DNA from: Anthoceros angustus
Lineage: Eukaryota > Plantae > Anthocerotophyta
DNA length: 64,000 bases
Direction of reading: 5' to 3'
Assembly (NCBI GenBank): GCA_010909165.1
Contig: VJWM01000301.1
Span: 49,334-113,333, forward strand
The notes under the pieces were generated by a model. It did no database searches, was not told the origin of the DNA, and saw only the letters and a program-made list of their open reading frames with translations. This document shows positions 35,133-47,400 of this stretch, one piece after another (the stretch's first letter is position 1; each line of letters begins with the position of its first letter). The translations under genes and the position numbers were made by a program.

Positions 35133-37915
35133 TTGGTTGCCCAACTTTATGCTCCACAAGGCGGCGAATCTCCTCCATTGATTGCAAGCCCTCACAACCA
35201 GAAGTTGACTATAGAAAGGTTGCGGGAGCAGAGATACCGGTTTCTACAAATGGGCAGACACGAGCAGGAGACGTTTCTAGAATCTCTTGTTCATGTGGAT
35301 CGCAGTGGCCAGCACAATGATAAAGTTGTGACCCATCTATGGAGGTCAGTCAGAATGCGATGCTGTCTAAGAGCTTTTCGCAGGGTATATTGCATTGGCC
35401 ATAGTAGGTATGAAGAGCTGAAGAGAAGGGTTATTGCACATGCACCGGGATGGCTTTAGAGCAAACCCTAAATGCAGCCTACATATGCTAGGTGCAATCG
35501 CGTGATGGACAACACATTCTGCTCATGGCGGAAAGGCTCCCCAATGTTGATGTTTAACCTTCCACACATTTACAAAGTTCAAAAATTTGGGCAAAATATA
35601 AGCGGCAATGTGAGGGTTCCACCAACGCTTTGTCACCTATGCTTGGTTTTTGAAACTTTGGAGGAGAACTTCATAGGTGAAGATTCCAAAGTCCAACAGT
35701 GTTCTCCACGTGCTTGCGCAGGATTGACAATTAGAAACACGATCGCTAAAGTCACCAAGGTATTCTCCAATCCTTTCCGAGTACATTATGTGTCCTTCTA
35801 TGTCCTTTGTTCCCGCACACTCTCCATGTCGGTGGTTAGTACATCGTGTTCTCTGTAATTTGTGTGGCATGTTGAAAGGGACGTGCTCATTGAAGTAGGC
35901 TACCATGTCGGGTTCGACCAATGAGTGGGCGCGGCGGCGGCGCCCACTCTCTCCTCTCTTCTTTGTTTCCATACTCCTGTCCATTCGTATAGAAGAGGAA
36001 GTGTCTTGGCCAACCTAGGAAGCTTTGGGTGGGAAGGTAAAGGTGTCGGGAAGGTTAGGGTAGTAAGAAGGAACGCCCTCTCCTCACCATAGTAAGTCTG
36101 GTGGTAGGGGTTTGCGAGGCTTAACATCCGCCGCCTCATCTCCCGCCATGGTGAGGCGGGCGGTGCAGTGGTGTATGTGGATAGCCGGCGGGCGCGCCCT
36201 AAAAGTCCACTTTGTTTCATTATCTGTCACGGTTTTGGTGGTGACGGCAAGCATTGACCTAAGGGTTGAACGCAGTTCTCATGTTGCGGATCGACGGGTT
36301 GCCATACCGGATCTTGGGTGTTCCATGATGCGCAATGATCCTATGCGCAATGCACATGAATGTCTAACGTGTAACACCAATTGTTTGCGAGAAATATCAG
36401 GCGCCTTAGATGCCCATCGAGATCGGCTCCACACTGAGCGAGCGAAGATGGCAAAACATCGCAGCAAGAGCTACGTGGAGCCCCACAAATATATTTTATT
36501 GGCAATCGGACCAGAAGAAGACTGAGATTCCGCATTTCTTGCGGTGGCCGAAGAATTTGGATGAAGAATGTCGTATTTCAGTGCACGTTGTGGGGTGCAT
36601 GATTCACAATTACACTCACAAAGCTAGGGCATATTTGCATTATGCCAACCTCCGCAATGATGCCAATTTGACTATAAACATCATTCAAGATGTTATCCAC
36701 AATTATGATGGGGTCTTGCCTAAAGTGTTGTACTTACAACTGGACAACACTTGGAGAACAAGAACCAACTACTCTTTATCTCAACATGTTGGTAGACATG
36801 GGAACATTTGAGAAAGTGAAGGTGGGCTTCGCTAGTTGGGCACACCATGATCAAATTGATCGGATGTTTTCATGCTTCTCTAAAAGCTTGAAACACAAGG
36901 AAGCGCACACCGCCGCATTGGCAACTATTATCGAGGGCACTCCAAGGCCGGAGGTGAAGATCTTCAAGTTCCCGACTTAGTATGTATGGCCAATAAGGCG
37001 GGATGGGCGGGCGTATTCGGCATGTGAGTAAATTGAATAATCGTGCGCATCAATTCAAGATAACACGCGAGGAGAAACCGGCGTCGGATTTAATCAGAGT
37101 ACTCAACATCGCTGTTGTGGGAAACAGAAGGAGGCTTGGAGTTTTTGAAGTTTGTGTCGCAGGAGGTGATAACTGCGCCTCCTTTGTTGGCCTTGCGGGC
37201 TAGAGATAAAAAAAGCTCAGCCACATGTCTCACGGCAACAGAGGGCGTTGCTTACTTGAAGCGAGGGTTATCGAAGCTCCGGCCTTACGTTACCGCGGAA
37301 GAGTACACATGGTGGGATGAGTTCTGGGTTGACCAGGAAGAAATTGCTGTAATTGTGGACAACCATATCGGGTTGGTTAGCGACCATGGAAGTGGTTTTC
37401 GAGTGGAGGCCGATGGGAGTGGTGCCCTTATGCATGCCCGTGCGGCTTTCTTTGGGCAGCTATTGCGAACTTCCACGCGATATGTATTTGGGGGCATATA
37501 GAAATTTGGGCAAGCAACAAGAAGATATGACACGTTTGAATGGCGATATTGGAGATCAATAAAGGAATGTTCATAGCAGTCCGTGTTGTTCAGACACTCA
37601 CAACAGACCATTTTGGATTGGAAAGGTCATAGATGTGAAGTTGGAGTCGCCCAAACCTCACTTCCTCGTTCATTGGTATATGACCAGCATACGGATGCAT
37701 ATGAGGGAAGATATGTTGAGGAATATATAATTCGGAAGCGGTACGAACATGGCTTCAAGGTAGGGAAGAAAGGAAGCAAATCCTTGTATACCAAAAATAT
37801 TCAACAGGTCTTTGTGAGCAAGCGGTAATCCTTTATTATGGATTCGTCTTTGAATGCTCGAAAACATTTATATGTTGTTGACAAGAAAGCGATAAAGGAT
37901 AAGTTGAATGAATTA
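35133..37915 (+). pseudogene. Sola-type (DUF7869-like) transposase, copy 1, frameshifted
   Basis: N-terminal CCLRAFRRVYCIG..RYEEL; CLTC motif; KYILLAI(DG)MDQKKTEIPHF; LPKVLYLQLDN; VKVGF..VGHTHDQIDRMFS (best seen in copy 2); C-terminal PFWIGKVIDVKLE...HWY. Confidence 0.75.
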
Positions 37916-38039
37916 TGCGTGGGTTTATTCACCCGATCCGAAAGTACCCACGAGGATAGTGATGACCATGGTGCGGGGCGAGGGTCCGGCGGCGATGAGT
38001 GACCTCGGAGTGGATAGGGTGGATGACGCCGCTTTCACC

Positions 38040-39760
38040 AAAAGTCCACTTTTGTTTTTACCGCTATCCGTTTATACGGTTTTGAGGGCCAGAGCATTCG
38101 CCTAAGGGTTGAACGCAGCTCATGTTGCGGATAGACGGGTGCCATACCAGATCTTGGGTTCCATGATCGCAATGATCCTATGTCCGCAATGCTGAATGCA
38201 ACGCGTAACACCAATTGTTTGCGAGAAATATCAGCCTTAGATGCCCATCGAGATCGGCCCACATCGAGCGAGCGAAGATGACAAAGCATCGCAGCAAGAG
38301 CTACGTGGAGCCCCACAAATATATGTTATTGGCCAATGGATGGAGAAGACGAGATTCCGCATTTCTTGCGGTGGTCAAGAATTTGGATGAAGAATGTCGA
38401 TTAGTAACGCTAGGGGGGTGCATGATTCACAATTACACTCACAAAGCAGGGCATATTTGCATTATGCCAACCTCCGCAATGACGCTAATTTGACTATAAA
38501 CATCATTCAAGATGTTATCCACAATTATGATGGGTGCTGCCTAAAGTGTTGTACTTACAATCGGACAACACTTGCCGGAGAACAAGAACCAACTACTCTT
38601 TGATCTCAACATGTTGGTAGACATGGGAACATTTGAGAAAGTGAAGGTGGGCTTCCTGCTAGTTGGGCACACCCATGATCAAATTGATCGATGTTTTCAT
38701 GCTTCTCTAAAAGCTTGAAACACAAGGAAGCGCACACCGCCCGCATTGGCAACTATTATCGAGGAGCGTACACTCCAAGGCCGGAGGTGAAGATCTTCAA
38801 GTTCCCGACTTAAAGTATGTATGGCCAATAAGACGGGGATGGGCGACGTATTCGTGTGAGTAAATTGAATAATCATCGTCCAAAGATCAATTCAAGATAA
38901 CACGCGAGGAGAAACCGAGCCGTGATGTAAGGAGTAAGCGACTCAACATCACTGCTAGGGAAAGAAGGAGGCTTGGAGTTTTTGAAGTTTGTGCCACAGG
39001 AGGTCATAACTGCGGCTCCTTTGTTAGCCTTGCGGGCTAGAGATAAAAAAAGCTCGGCCGCTTGTCTCACGGCAACAGAGGGCGTTGCTTACTTGAAGCG
39101 AGGGTTATCGGAGCTCCGGCCTTACGTTACCGCGGAAGAGTACACATGGTGGGAGGAGTTCTGGGTTGACCAGGAAGAAATTGCTGTAATTGTGGACAAC
39201 CATATCGGGTTGGTTCTGCAACGACCATGGAAGTGGTTTTCGAGAGTGGAGGCTGGCTTCAGTAGTGCCCTTGTCTGTGCCCGATGAGGCTTTGCTGGAA
39301 GCAGCTTTATTGCGCGAACTTCCACAACGCGATATGTATTTGGGGGCGTATAAAAATTTGGGCAAGCAACAAGAAGATATGACACGTTTGAATGGCGATA
39401 TTACGGAGATCAAGAAAGGAATGTTCATAGCCTGTTCATGACACACAACAGACCATTTTGGATTGGAAAGGTCATAGATGTGAAGTTGGAGTCGCCCAAA
39501 CCTCACTTCCTCGCTTCATTGGTATATGACCGAGCATACGGATGCATATGAGGGAAGATATGTTGAGGAATATATAATTCCGGAAGCGGTACCGAACATG
39601 GCTTCAAGGTAGGGAAGAAAGGAAGCAAATCCTTGTATACCAAAAATATTCAACAGGTCTTTGTGAACAAACGGTAATCCTTTATTATGGATTACGAATG
39701 CTCGAAAACATTTATATGTTGTTGACAAGAAAGCGATAAAGGATAAGTTGAATGAATTAT
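38040..39760 (+). pseudogene. Sola-type transposase catalytic and C-terminal part, copy 2
   Basis: Direct repeat of 36200-37915 carrying the same motifs. Confidence 0.75.
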
Positions 39761-40099
39761 GTGGGTTTATTCACCAAGATCCAAAGTACCCCGAGGATAG
39801 TGATGACCATGGTGCGAGGGTCCGAGCGACGGCGAGGGAGTGACCTCCGGAGATGAGTAAACGTGCTTCCATGGAGAAGGAATTGGGAGAGGAGGCAATG
39901 GTTCCCGTGAGATAAATATAGGGTTCTAGCTTCACCCGGTCTAAATTCCACTGCACTCTTGTCGAGCCTTTGTTAGTAAGCGTACGTGAATCATGTTTGG
40001 TTTTTTGTCCATTACCACCTCAATGCAATACAATATTGGGTATCCGTATATGTGGTTTGCAACACACCAATAAATTAAGTATGTATTTGGGTCGGTTAT

Positions 40100-41215
40100 T
40101 GTGGAATGGGTTTTTGCATCCGAAGACGCAAAGAGGCCACATTTACCCTCTATGTTGTTGTAGTCCTAGGATTCGATCCCAAGGGAATGGTTTTGTGTCA
40201 AGATGTTCTAAAACTATGGATTCTAGACTTACCCCGTCGTTCACTACCCCCTTCTCTCCCAGCTACCATACCCAAACCCGCCACCGTGAAGACTTCGCCA
40301 CCGCAGCTGGGTGGTTCAACCACCGCGGGCGGGTCCCATCCAGTGCCGCCTTCCGCTGGTGACTATTTGTCACCCACTTCCACAGCCCTTGGGGCGGCAT
40401 ACACACGCCACATGCTCACTTCGCCTGTGAGAATTTCCGCTCGGATCCTTCCCGAGCTATGCACCACGACTCTCGAAAAGTGCGCGCCACTCCGCCCGCC
40501 TCAGCGATTCCACCACTCACTTCCCACTCTCCCAACCATTTCCCGATTTTCTCACACGCACACACAATCCCTCATGCCAAGACTCACCCACCCTTTCGGA
40601 CCTTCCCTCCGAATAAATCTTCTCCTCTCCACAGTCACACTCCCTCTTGGGCCACATGCACTTAGACCCTTGGGCCACAGACTCTCGAATGAAACACTGG
40701 TGGCAGCTTGGGAAAGAAGATCGTGGAAGAAAACACCGGCCGCTTCATGATTCGCCCGGCAGTTCCGCCTCAACCTTTCGCGGCAACCCCTACCTCCCTT
40801 CTGACGTGCGTCAGTTACCTTCCGTCCCTCCCAGGCGTGGAGCTTGGCCACTCCGCTCTCGACCATCCAGGGATCTTCCCGGCCTTCTTGTGACGAGAAA
40901 GCGGTGCATCGAACGAGTTTGATGCTGATCAGACGTCTCTAACCAACCTCGCGCATAGCTTCAACACACGGAAGTTCACACCTGTAATTGTCTGTTAAGA
41001 GAGACTCTCAAGGGTCTCTTATACATTCAGCTGTGGATCTCCACAGCTCACTCCTACCAGTGTCTAGAAAATATGGCCCACTACCACGAGCGCTCCTACC
41101 AATTCAGGTAACTACAGCCCGCCCTCAAAACATCCTATCCCCTAACCCAAAAAGAAACCTCTGGCCTATGATGTCGCTCCCTAAAATCAGTAGCTGGCCC
41201 GGGTTGCGCTTAGCC
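40100..41215 (-). mobile_element. Family G copy G2: 3' LTR (40100-41132), PPT and adjacent UTR
   Basis: Reverse complement of 12885-14005. No PBS beyond 40100, so this is a 3' LTR. Continues at 52902-53431 beyond copia A. Confidence 0.8.
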
Positions 41216-42021
41216 TAATGTAGTGCATGTACTACACGAGGATCCGAGTGCGCGAAGCTGAGCTGAGGACGCACCAAAGAAGGTGCACACACGAAACAAT
41301 TTACTATCAATTACAAAGAAAAAGATGTCTTATAGTACAATGTAAGAGTTAGGGTAATACGTCTACATAACCTACGCGACTCTTAGTTTATATAAAGCTA
41401 GGGTTATGGTTTGATAAATACATATCTAATACCCTCCCTCAAACCTAACCCCGGTAAAGTGATTTAACAATCCAGTAAAATCCCAAATGAGGCTTGAGGT
41501 GAGGAGTCCGAATCGCCAGCCGAGACATCCCCTTGACCCACCGTGAGGTGATTCCATGGCATTCAAAGATGCCTCGCCAATGATGATCGCGATCACATAC
41601 ACTGGTCACTGGATGCCTGCCCGCCCAAGACTCGTGATCACAAGACGCTGGCGAAAAGAGAGAGGCCGAAATGCATGAGGGAGAAAGACGCTGATGAGTC
41701 ATAGTGCCAAAGGGAAGCGCCTATTTGTCTCCATCTTGGCACACTTCCAAAACTGAGCTTAATGACCTCAGAGATGCATGCTTACAACCATTGCCCGAGC
41801 CAACAGACGATGAAGGTAAGAAAAAAACAGATAGCTGGTGCCCTGATTATATCATGCATTTGAGCTTCAACCAGGGCTAGCTACTGATGATGGTCGTAGC
41901 TTGCTCCGAGGCTGTCCTAACGCAACAGAGTAACAAGGTATGTGATCCTCATACCGGAGCATCAATGCAGTCCAAGAATCCGACCTAGCATGGATACCTG
42001 TGGACCGGGCTGATGTTCATG

Positions 42022-44475
42022 TCACCGGGGGAGTCCCTTAGTTAAAATATCAGCCACGTTCTCCTTGGTGTTGACATACTTCAGGCAGATAAGTCCTTGC
42101 TCTACTGCTTGCCTAATGAAGTGGAACTGTATCTCAATATGTTTTGATCTCGCATGCAAAACTGGTTTGTCATAGTGCGATTGCACACTGACGATCACGA
42201 CGTAGCATAGCGGTTGTGCCCATGAAATCTCATCTAGGAAGGCCCGGGCGAAACTTCTCGTCGCTGTGGATAGGGCCCCATACTCCACGACGAGATCAAT
42301 CTGCCGTGAGTCTCTTTTCGATCGCTAACCAACTAACACAACCTTGTAGTAGTACATGAAGTCGCAATGGACTTTCTTGAGTCTACATCACTTGCCCAGT
42401 CTGCATCTGAGTAGGCCATGAGAACGCTGGAACTCTGCTGCTGATAAGTAAGGCACATGTCCTGTGTCCCTTTCAAATATCGCAGAATTCTCTTAACTGC
42501 AACCCAATGCTTAGGTCCTGGATTTTCTAAGAATCGGGATACTATACCTACAGCTAGTGATATGTCCGGTCTTGTCCATCCAGCAAGGTATAAGAGGCTG
42601 CCTACTGCTTCACGGTAGGGGACAAGGGACATCTCAGCCTTTTGAGAGGCAGTAACAGGGCAATCCTCTATTGACAATTTCTCACTAGTTGAGACAGGGG
42701 TAGACACTGGATTCACATTTTGTAGGTTAAATTTGGTGAGCAGTTGACGAATAAAATGTGCTTGATGAATGGTGACTGAGGACCTATCAGGAGAGAAGGA
42801 AAACTGGATTCCAAGTGCAAATTTCAGAAAGCCCACATCGGTCATGTCCCATTCCTGTGACAGTGCCTGCTTAATATGGGTAAGGATTGTCTGATCACTG
42901 GCAAAAAGAAAATTTTCATCTACGTACAGTGCTATAATGCAAATGTGTTTGGACTGCTGCAGCACATAGACACTAACGTCTGCTGTAAGTGGGATGAAAC
43001 CTAGTGATCTCAACTTCTTGTCTGCCCTGGAATTCCAGATACGTGCCGATTGCTTTAGTCCATTAATTGATTTGAGTAGCTTACATACCTTGGTAGGGTC
43101 TGTCACATAGCCTTCCGGTTGCTGCATATAAATAACGTCGTCAAGGGGTCCATTGAGGAATGCTGTCTTTACGTCCATTTGGTGGACTAACAATTTGTGC
43201 TTGACAGCATAGCATAGAAGAATTCGCATAGAAGTAGGCTTGACCACAGGGCTAAAAGTTTCATGGTAGTCTAGGCCTTGAACTTGAGTATAGCCACGTG
43301 CTACTAACCTCGCTTTATATCTTGCTACACTGCCGTCAGGATTCAGCTTGAGTTTGAACACCCACTTGGAAGTGATAGGTTTCCCGTCCTTGGGTAAGGC
43401 AACCAGTTCCCATGTGTTGTAGGAAATCAGGCTGTTGTATTCAGAGTCTATGGCCTTTTGCCATTCTAAAGATTCTGGACCCGTTAGGGCTTCTTTGTAA
43501 GACATGGGTGTATTTGGTGGATCTATTAGTGATGACGCCACAGAGTTGGCAAAGGCAGCAAGATTAAAACGTGGTTGTTCTTCTTGAACAGGTGCAGTAA
43601 TGGTCTCTTTGGATCTGGATGTAAGGGTATCTCCAGCATATAGGAGGCTCTGGCCAACTGGGCTCGAGGACGGCGCGCCCCGTAGAACGCTCTAATAGGT
43701 ATCCGACATCCGCTTGTTCGTGTTCAGTTGTATAGGGGCAATCTGTACACCAGCCGACCAAATCTAATCGGTTTTTTGTTGACTCAGAGGATGTTCAAAG
43801 AACGACGCTCGTGAATGTGGGCTGCATTGCTTTGAGGAATAGGTTCGTGATCGTGCACAAAGTGAGTGGAATGTCGAAAGTATCAATGTCAGGGAATACT
43901 GTAAAGTCGTCACTGTTGAGAAGGTCATCGGAGAAATGGCCATGAGCTGTAGGTTGTGGCAGTGGAGTATGACTATGAGAGGACTGGATATGAGCTTGGA
44001 GGATGAAACTCTCATTGAAACTAACACTACGTGCTAGGGTTAACTGTCTGGTAGAAGGGTTGAAGAGTCTGTAGCCTTTGGATTGCTCTGAGTAGCCGAC
44101 AAAAACAAGTTTAATTGCTCGGTCATCCATCTTACCTCGCCTGTCTTCTGGAACATATGCATAGGCTGCAGAGCCAAAAATGCGAAGGTGACTGATACGA
44201 GGTTTGTGTCCTGTCCACCTCTCAAACGGAGTATAGTCATAAAGAGGCTTAACAGGTAGCCTGTTCTGAGTATAGTTAACAGCTGCAATGGCTTCAGCCC
44301 AATAACCACGTGTCAAACTAGCCAGTGATAATGTAGCTCGACATCGTTCTTGTAAGGTTCGATTATAATGTTCAGCGTAAGAGTTCTGTGGAGGGTGATA
44401 AGGCACTGTAAGTTGATGTAGGATGCCTTTAGCCTTGAGCAGTGTCTGGAAATCATGGCTCAAATATTCTGGTGC
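42022..44475 (-). CDS. Copia A pol, 3' part (integrase C-terminal half, RT, RNase H)
   Basis: ORF 43795-44493 with HQLTVPYHPPQNSYAEHYNRTL; 402-aa ORF 42333-43541 with YKARLVARGYTQVQGLDYHETFSPVVK, QMDVKTAFLNG and IALYVDE; ORF 42022-42288 with RSKHIEIQFHFIR and ENVADILTKGL. Confidence 0.92.
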
Positions 44476-44480
44476 GTTGT

Positions 44481-47400
44481 TGTTGATGCACAAGTGATTT
44501 AGGTGTTCGCCAGCAGACTAAGTTCTAGGGCACGTTTCATTAGGGTTATTTACTTGTACGTAGTTGCTAGCTTAAATACTGGCTTAATCTGCTTATTCAT
44601 TAGTAGATTACAACTTACTATTGTAAGCCTACTTAAGTGTCATGTACACAAGTAAATTACTTCTTCTTCATTATTCTCTACTTTTAGATGGTATCGAGCC
44701 TAGGTTCGGCCGCCTCACACAAGAACCTGATCTGTGCAATCCAGCATGACGCCCGCATCAAGCAAGATCTCAACATAAAGATCCCGGCCTCAGCATGCCT
44801 CGGCGCCGCCATCCAAAGAGTTTTGCGCCACAAGGCAGACCCACATCGCAAGTGACCAGACTTTGCAGCGATTGCCTGGATCGCATCATCGCACCCAGGA
44901 GCGCACCGCTCCACCACCCACGCCCGCGATCCGCTTCCATCGCCATCGCACACCAAGACCGAGCCGCCTCAAAGACAATTCACACACTCAACACATCGCC
45001 ATGGTCGGCTTACATCGCGCCTCTCCTGCAAAGATTCACCGCAAGTTCGTAGTATTTCAAAATTCGATCAATTGCATAGAGTCGCAACTAGAAGCCCCGC
45101 ATCTAGAAGTGCTTGCCATGATGCCGCAAGTAGACTATGTAGACCACTAAATTTGCGACTCGCGACATGTTTGCTTTTGATCCATTAGCAACAGCAGAGG
45201 CCAACATCGGCGCCGTTGCCGCATGATGGCCGAATCCACCACCCACCAACACAACATTAAATTTCAACACCACAAACCGGATTTGAGACCGTGATCGCTC
45301 ACGGAAGCGATTACGACATATGGCAGATGAGGATCCAAGCCTTGCTTGAGGAGCATGACCTTATGGGCATCGTCGATGGCACACACCCTAAGCCATCCAC
45401 AACATCAAACCCACCAGCAACTCCAGATGAAATTGCAGGATGGGAGAAGAGTGACAAACGAGCCCGCAACATTCTTATTTCGGCAATCGATAAGAATATG
45501 TTACAACATACACACGGCCAGGCAACTTCAAACGGCATCTGGAACACCTTCAACGAGATGTTCCAAGCCCAAAGTTCAATGTCACTAGTAAATGCAACAC
45601 GTCAATTTTACTCATTGAGAATGAAAGAATCGGTTGAATAAAGACGCGCATAACTTTAGGTCCGCAAGGGCAAAGTTATCCACCAGCACCACCTCACAGT
45701 AATCGCAAGCGATCTTTCTAACCTCCTTGCTCGGTTCATAAGGTAATATCTGTCTTCTCAAAACACGGCTCGACAAAGACAAGGAGGTTCGCACCTTACA
45801 CACTTTCTGAAGTCGTTGCAGCCCTTCTTGAAGAAGAATCCAGTCGAATAGGCACTTCACGCTCCAATATTGGAGCCAATCACGTGCTCTTTGCATCACG
45901 AGGCCGTGGTGCAAGGCGAAGGTTTTAGACCAGCGGTTTTCCTCGCGAGCCCATCGGGCCCAAAGACCTTCAGTCCAAGGCAACCACAAAATGTAATTCA
46001 AGGGAGCATGCAACCGGTGCAAAATCATTGGGCACTATGAAAACGAATGCCGTAAGAAGATGTCAGTGAACCTCACGAGACAAGGGAGCGAGTCACATGT
46101 CACCACAACCAACAAAAACTGCAGAAATTCAATATTGGCGATGCCTTACACTTACGAGGATGATCCTCATCGATGGTTCCTCGACTGTGGGGCTACCACC
46201 CATATTTGCGCAAGATCGACATGTTCAACTCATACCATCAAGTATTATCCGACCAACACGTCTTGCTCTGAGACGGTGCATTACCCATCAGCAGGTCAGG
46301 AGATATCAAGCTACGGCTTGCAAACGGAGAAACACTCCTTATAAACGGAGTTCTGCACGTCCCAACAATGACAAAGAATTTGCTATCAGTCCGCAAGCTA
46401 GCAACTGAGCATGACCTGGTAATCACATTCGTTGGTAACCACTGCACCATTAGCCATGCAAAAGACCCTGACCACACAGCCCTTGCTCACGGCTTACCTT
46501 ACAATGATTTGTACCTGCTGAACATTCAATCCTACTCATCTTTGTCGGTGAGACTCCGTAACAAAACAAAACAAATTCCTACTATAATCGCCGGTCACAT
46601 GAACCCGAGGTATTTGAACTCATTTGCCAATCTCGCAATGTACAGAGATCCAATTAAACTTCATGTACAACAGGACTTTTTCTCGAAACTGTAAGTACAC
46701 CAAACTAAATCAATCGCCATTCAATGACCTCAACCTACTGTGGCTAGAAGACTGGAAGTCATACATTCGACATTTGTGGTCCCATGAGGCGCTTTCCTTC
46801 GGAGGACACTCATACTTCCTCACCTTCATGGACGAGTGGAGTAGGTATACCCATATATACTTCTTGAAGCATAAGAGCAAGCTTTGATTACTTCCGAGAG
46901 TTCCTCACCACCGTAGAACGCCAAACCGGCTTCCTAGTTGGCACCGCGAATGGACAATGCGGTGTGAATACACAAGCCAGCCTTCCTTCAGAACTCAAGG
47001 GCATCCTCGTGCACTGCTCCTCATACTCCTCGCACAAAACCCCTTCGCAGAGAGGCTCAACAGATCCATACTTGAAATCTCTAGATCCCTTCTCAAAGCT
47101 AGGATCTAACAAGGGATCTGGGGGCGGGCCTCCACCGCAACCTACCTTAAGAATAGACTACCAACCAAAGACCTCCCAAACATCACACCTTACGAAAGAT
47201 GGACCGGCAATAAACCAAGAATTTCACTTACGTATCTTTGGGAGTCCATTTTGCCCATATAGCGTATGTCAATCGAAGCAAGTGGACGACAAGAGCGTAA
47301 AACCCCGCTCATAGGGTACTGATCAAGTTAAAGCCTATAGGTTATTCGACCCCTACAGCCGAGAGGTCATTCACTCTAGAAGTGCACATTTTAATGAGGG

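Larger units (their letters stand above)
34805..40072 (+). mobile_element. Sola1-like DNA transposon with internal tandem duplication
   Basis: Termini CTATTGG...CCAATA with an imperfect ~60-bp TIR (34805-34865 vs 40025-40072). AATT on both sides (34801-34804 and 40073-40076), matching the AWWT TSD reported for Sola1. Contains a DDD-type transposase. Confidence 0.72.
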
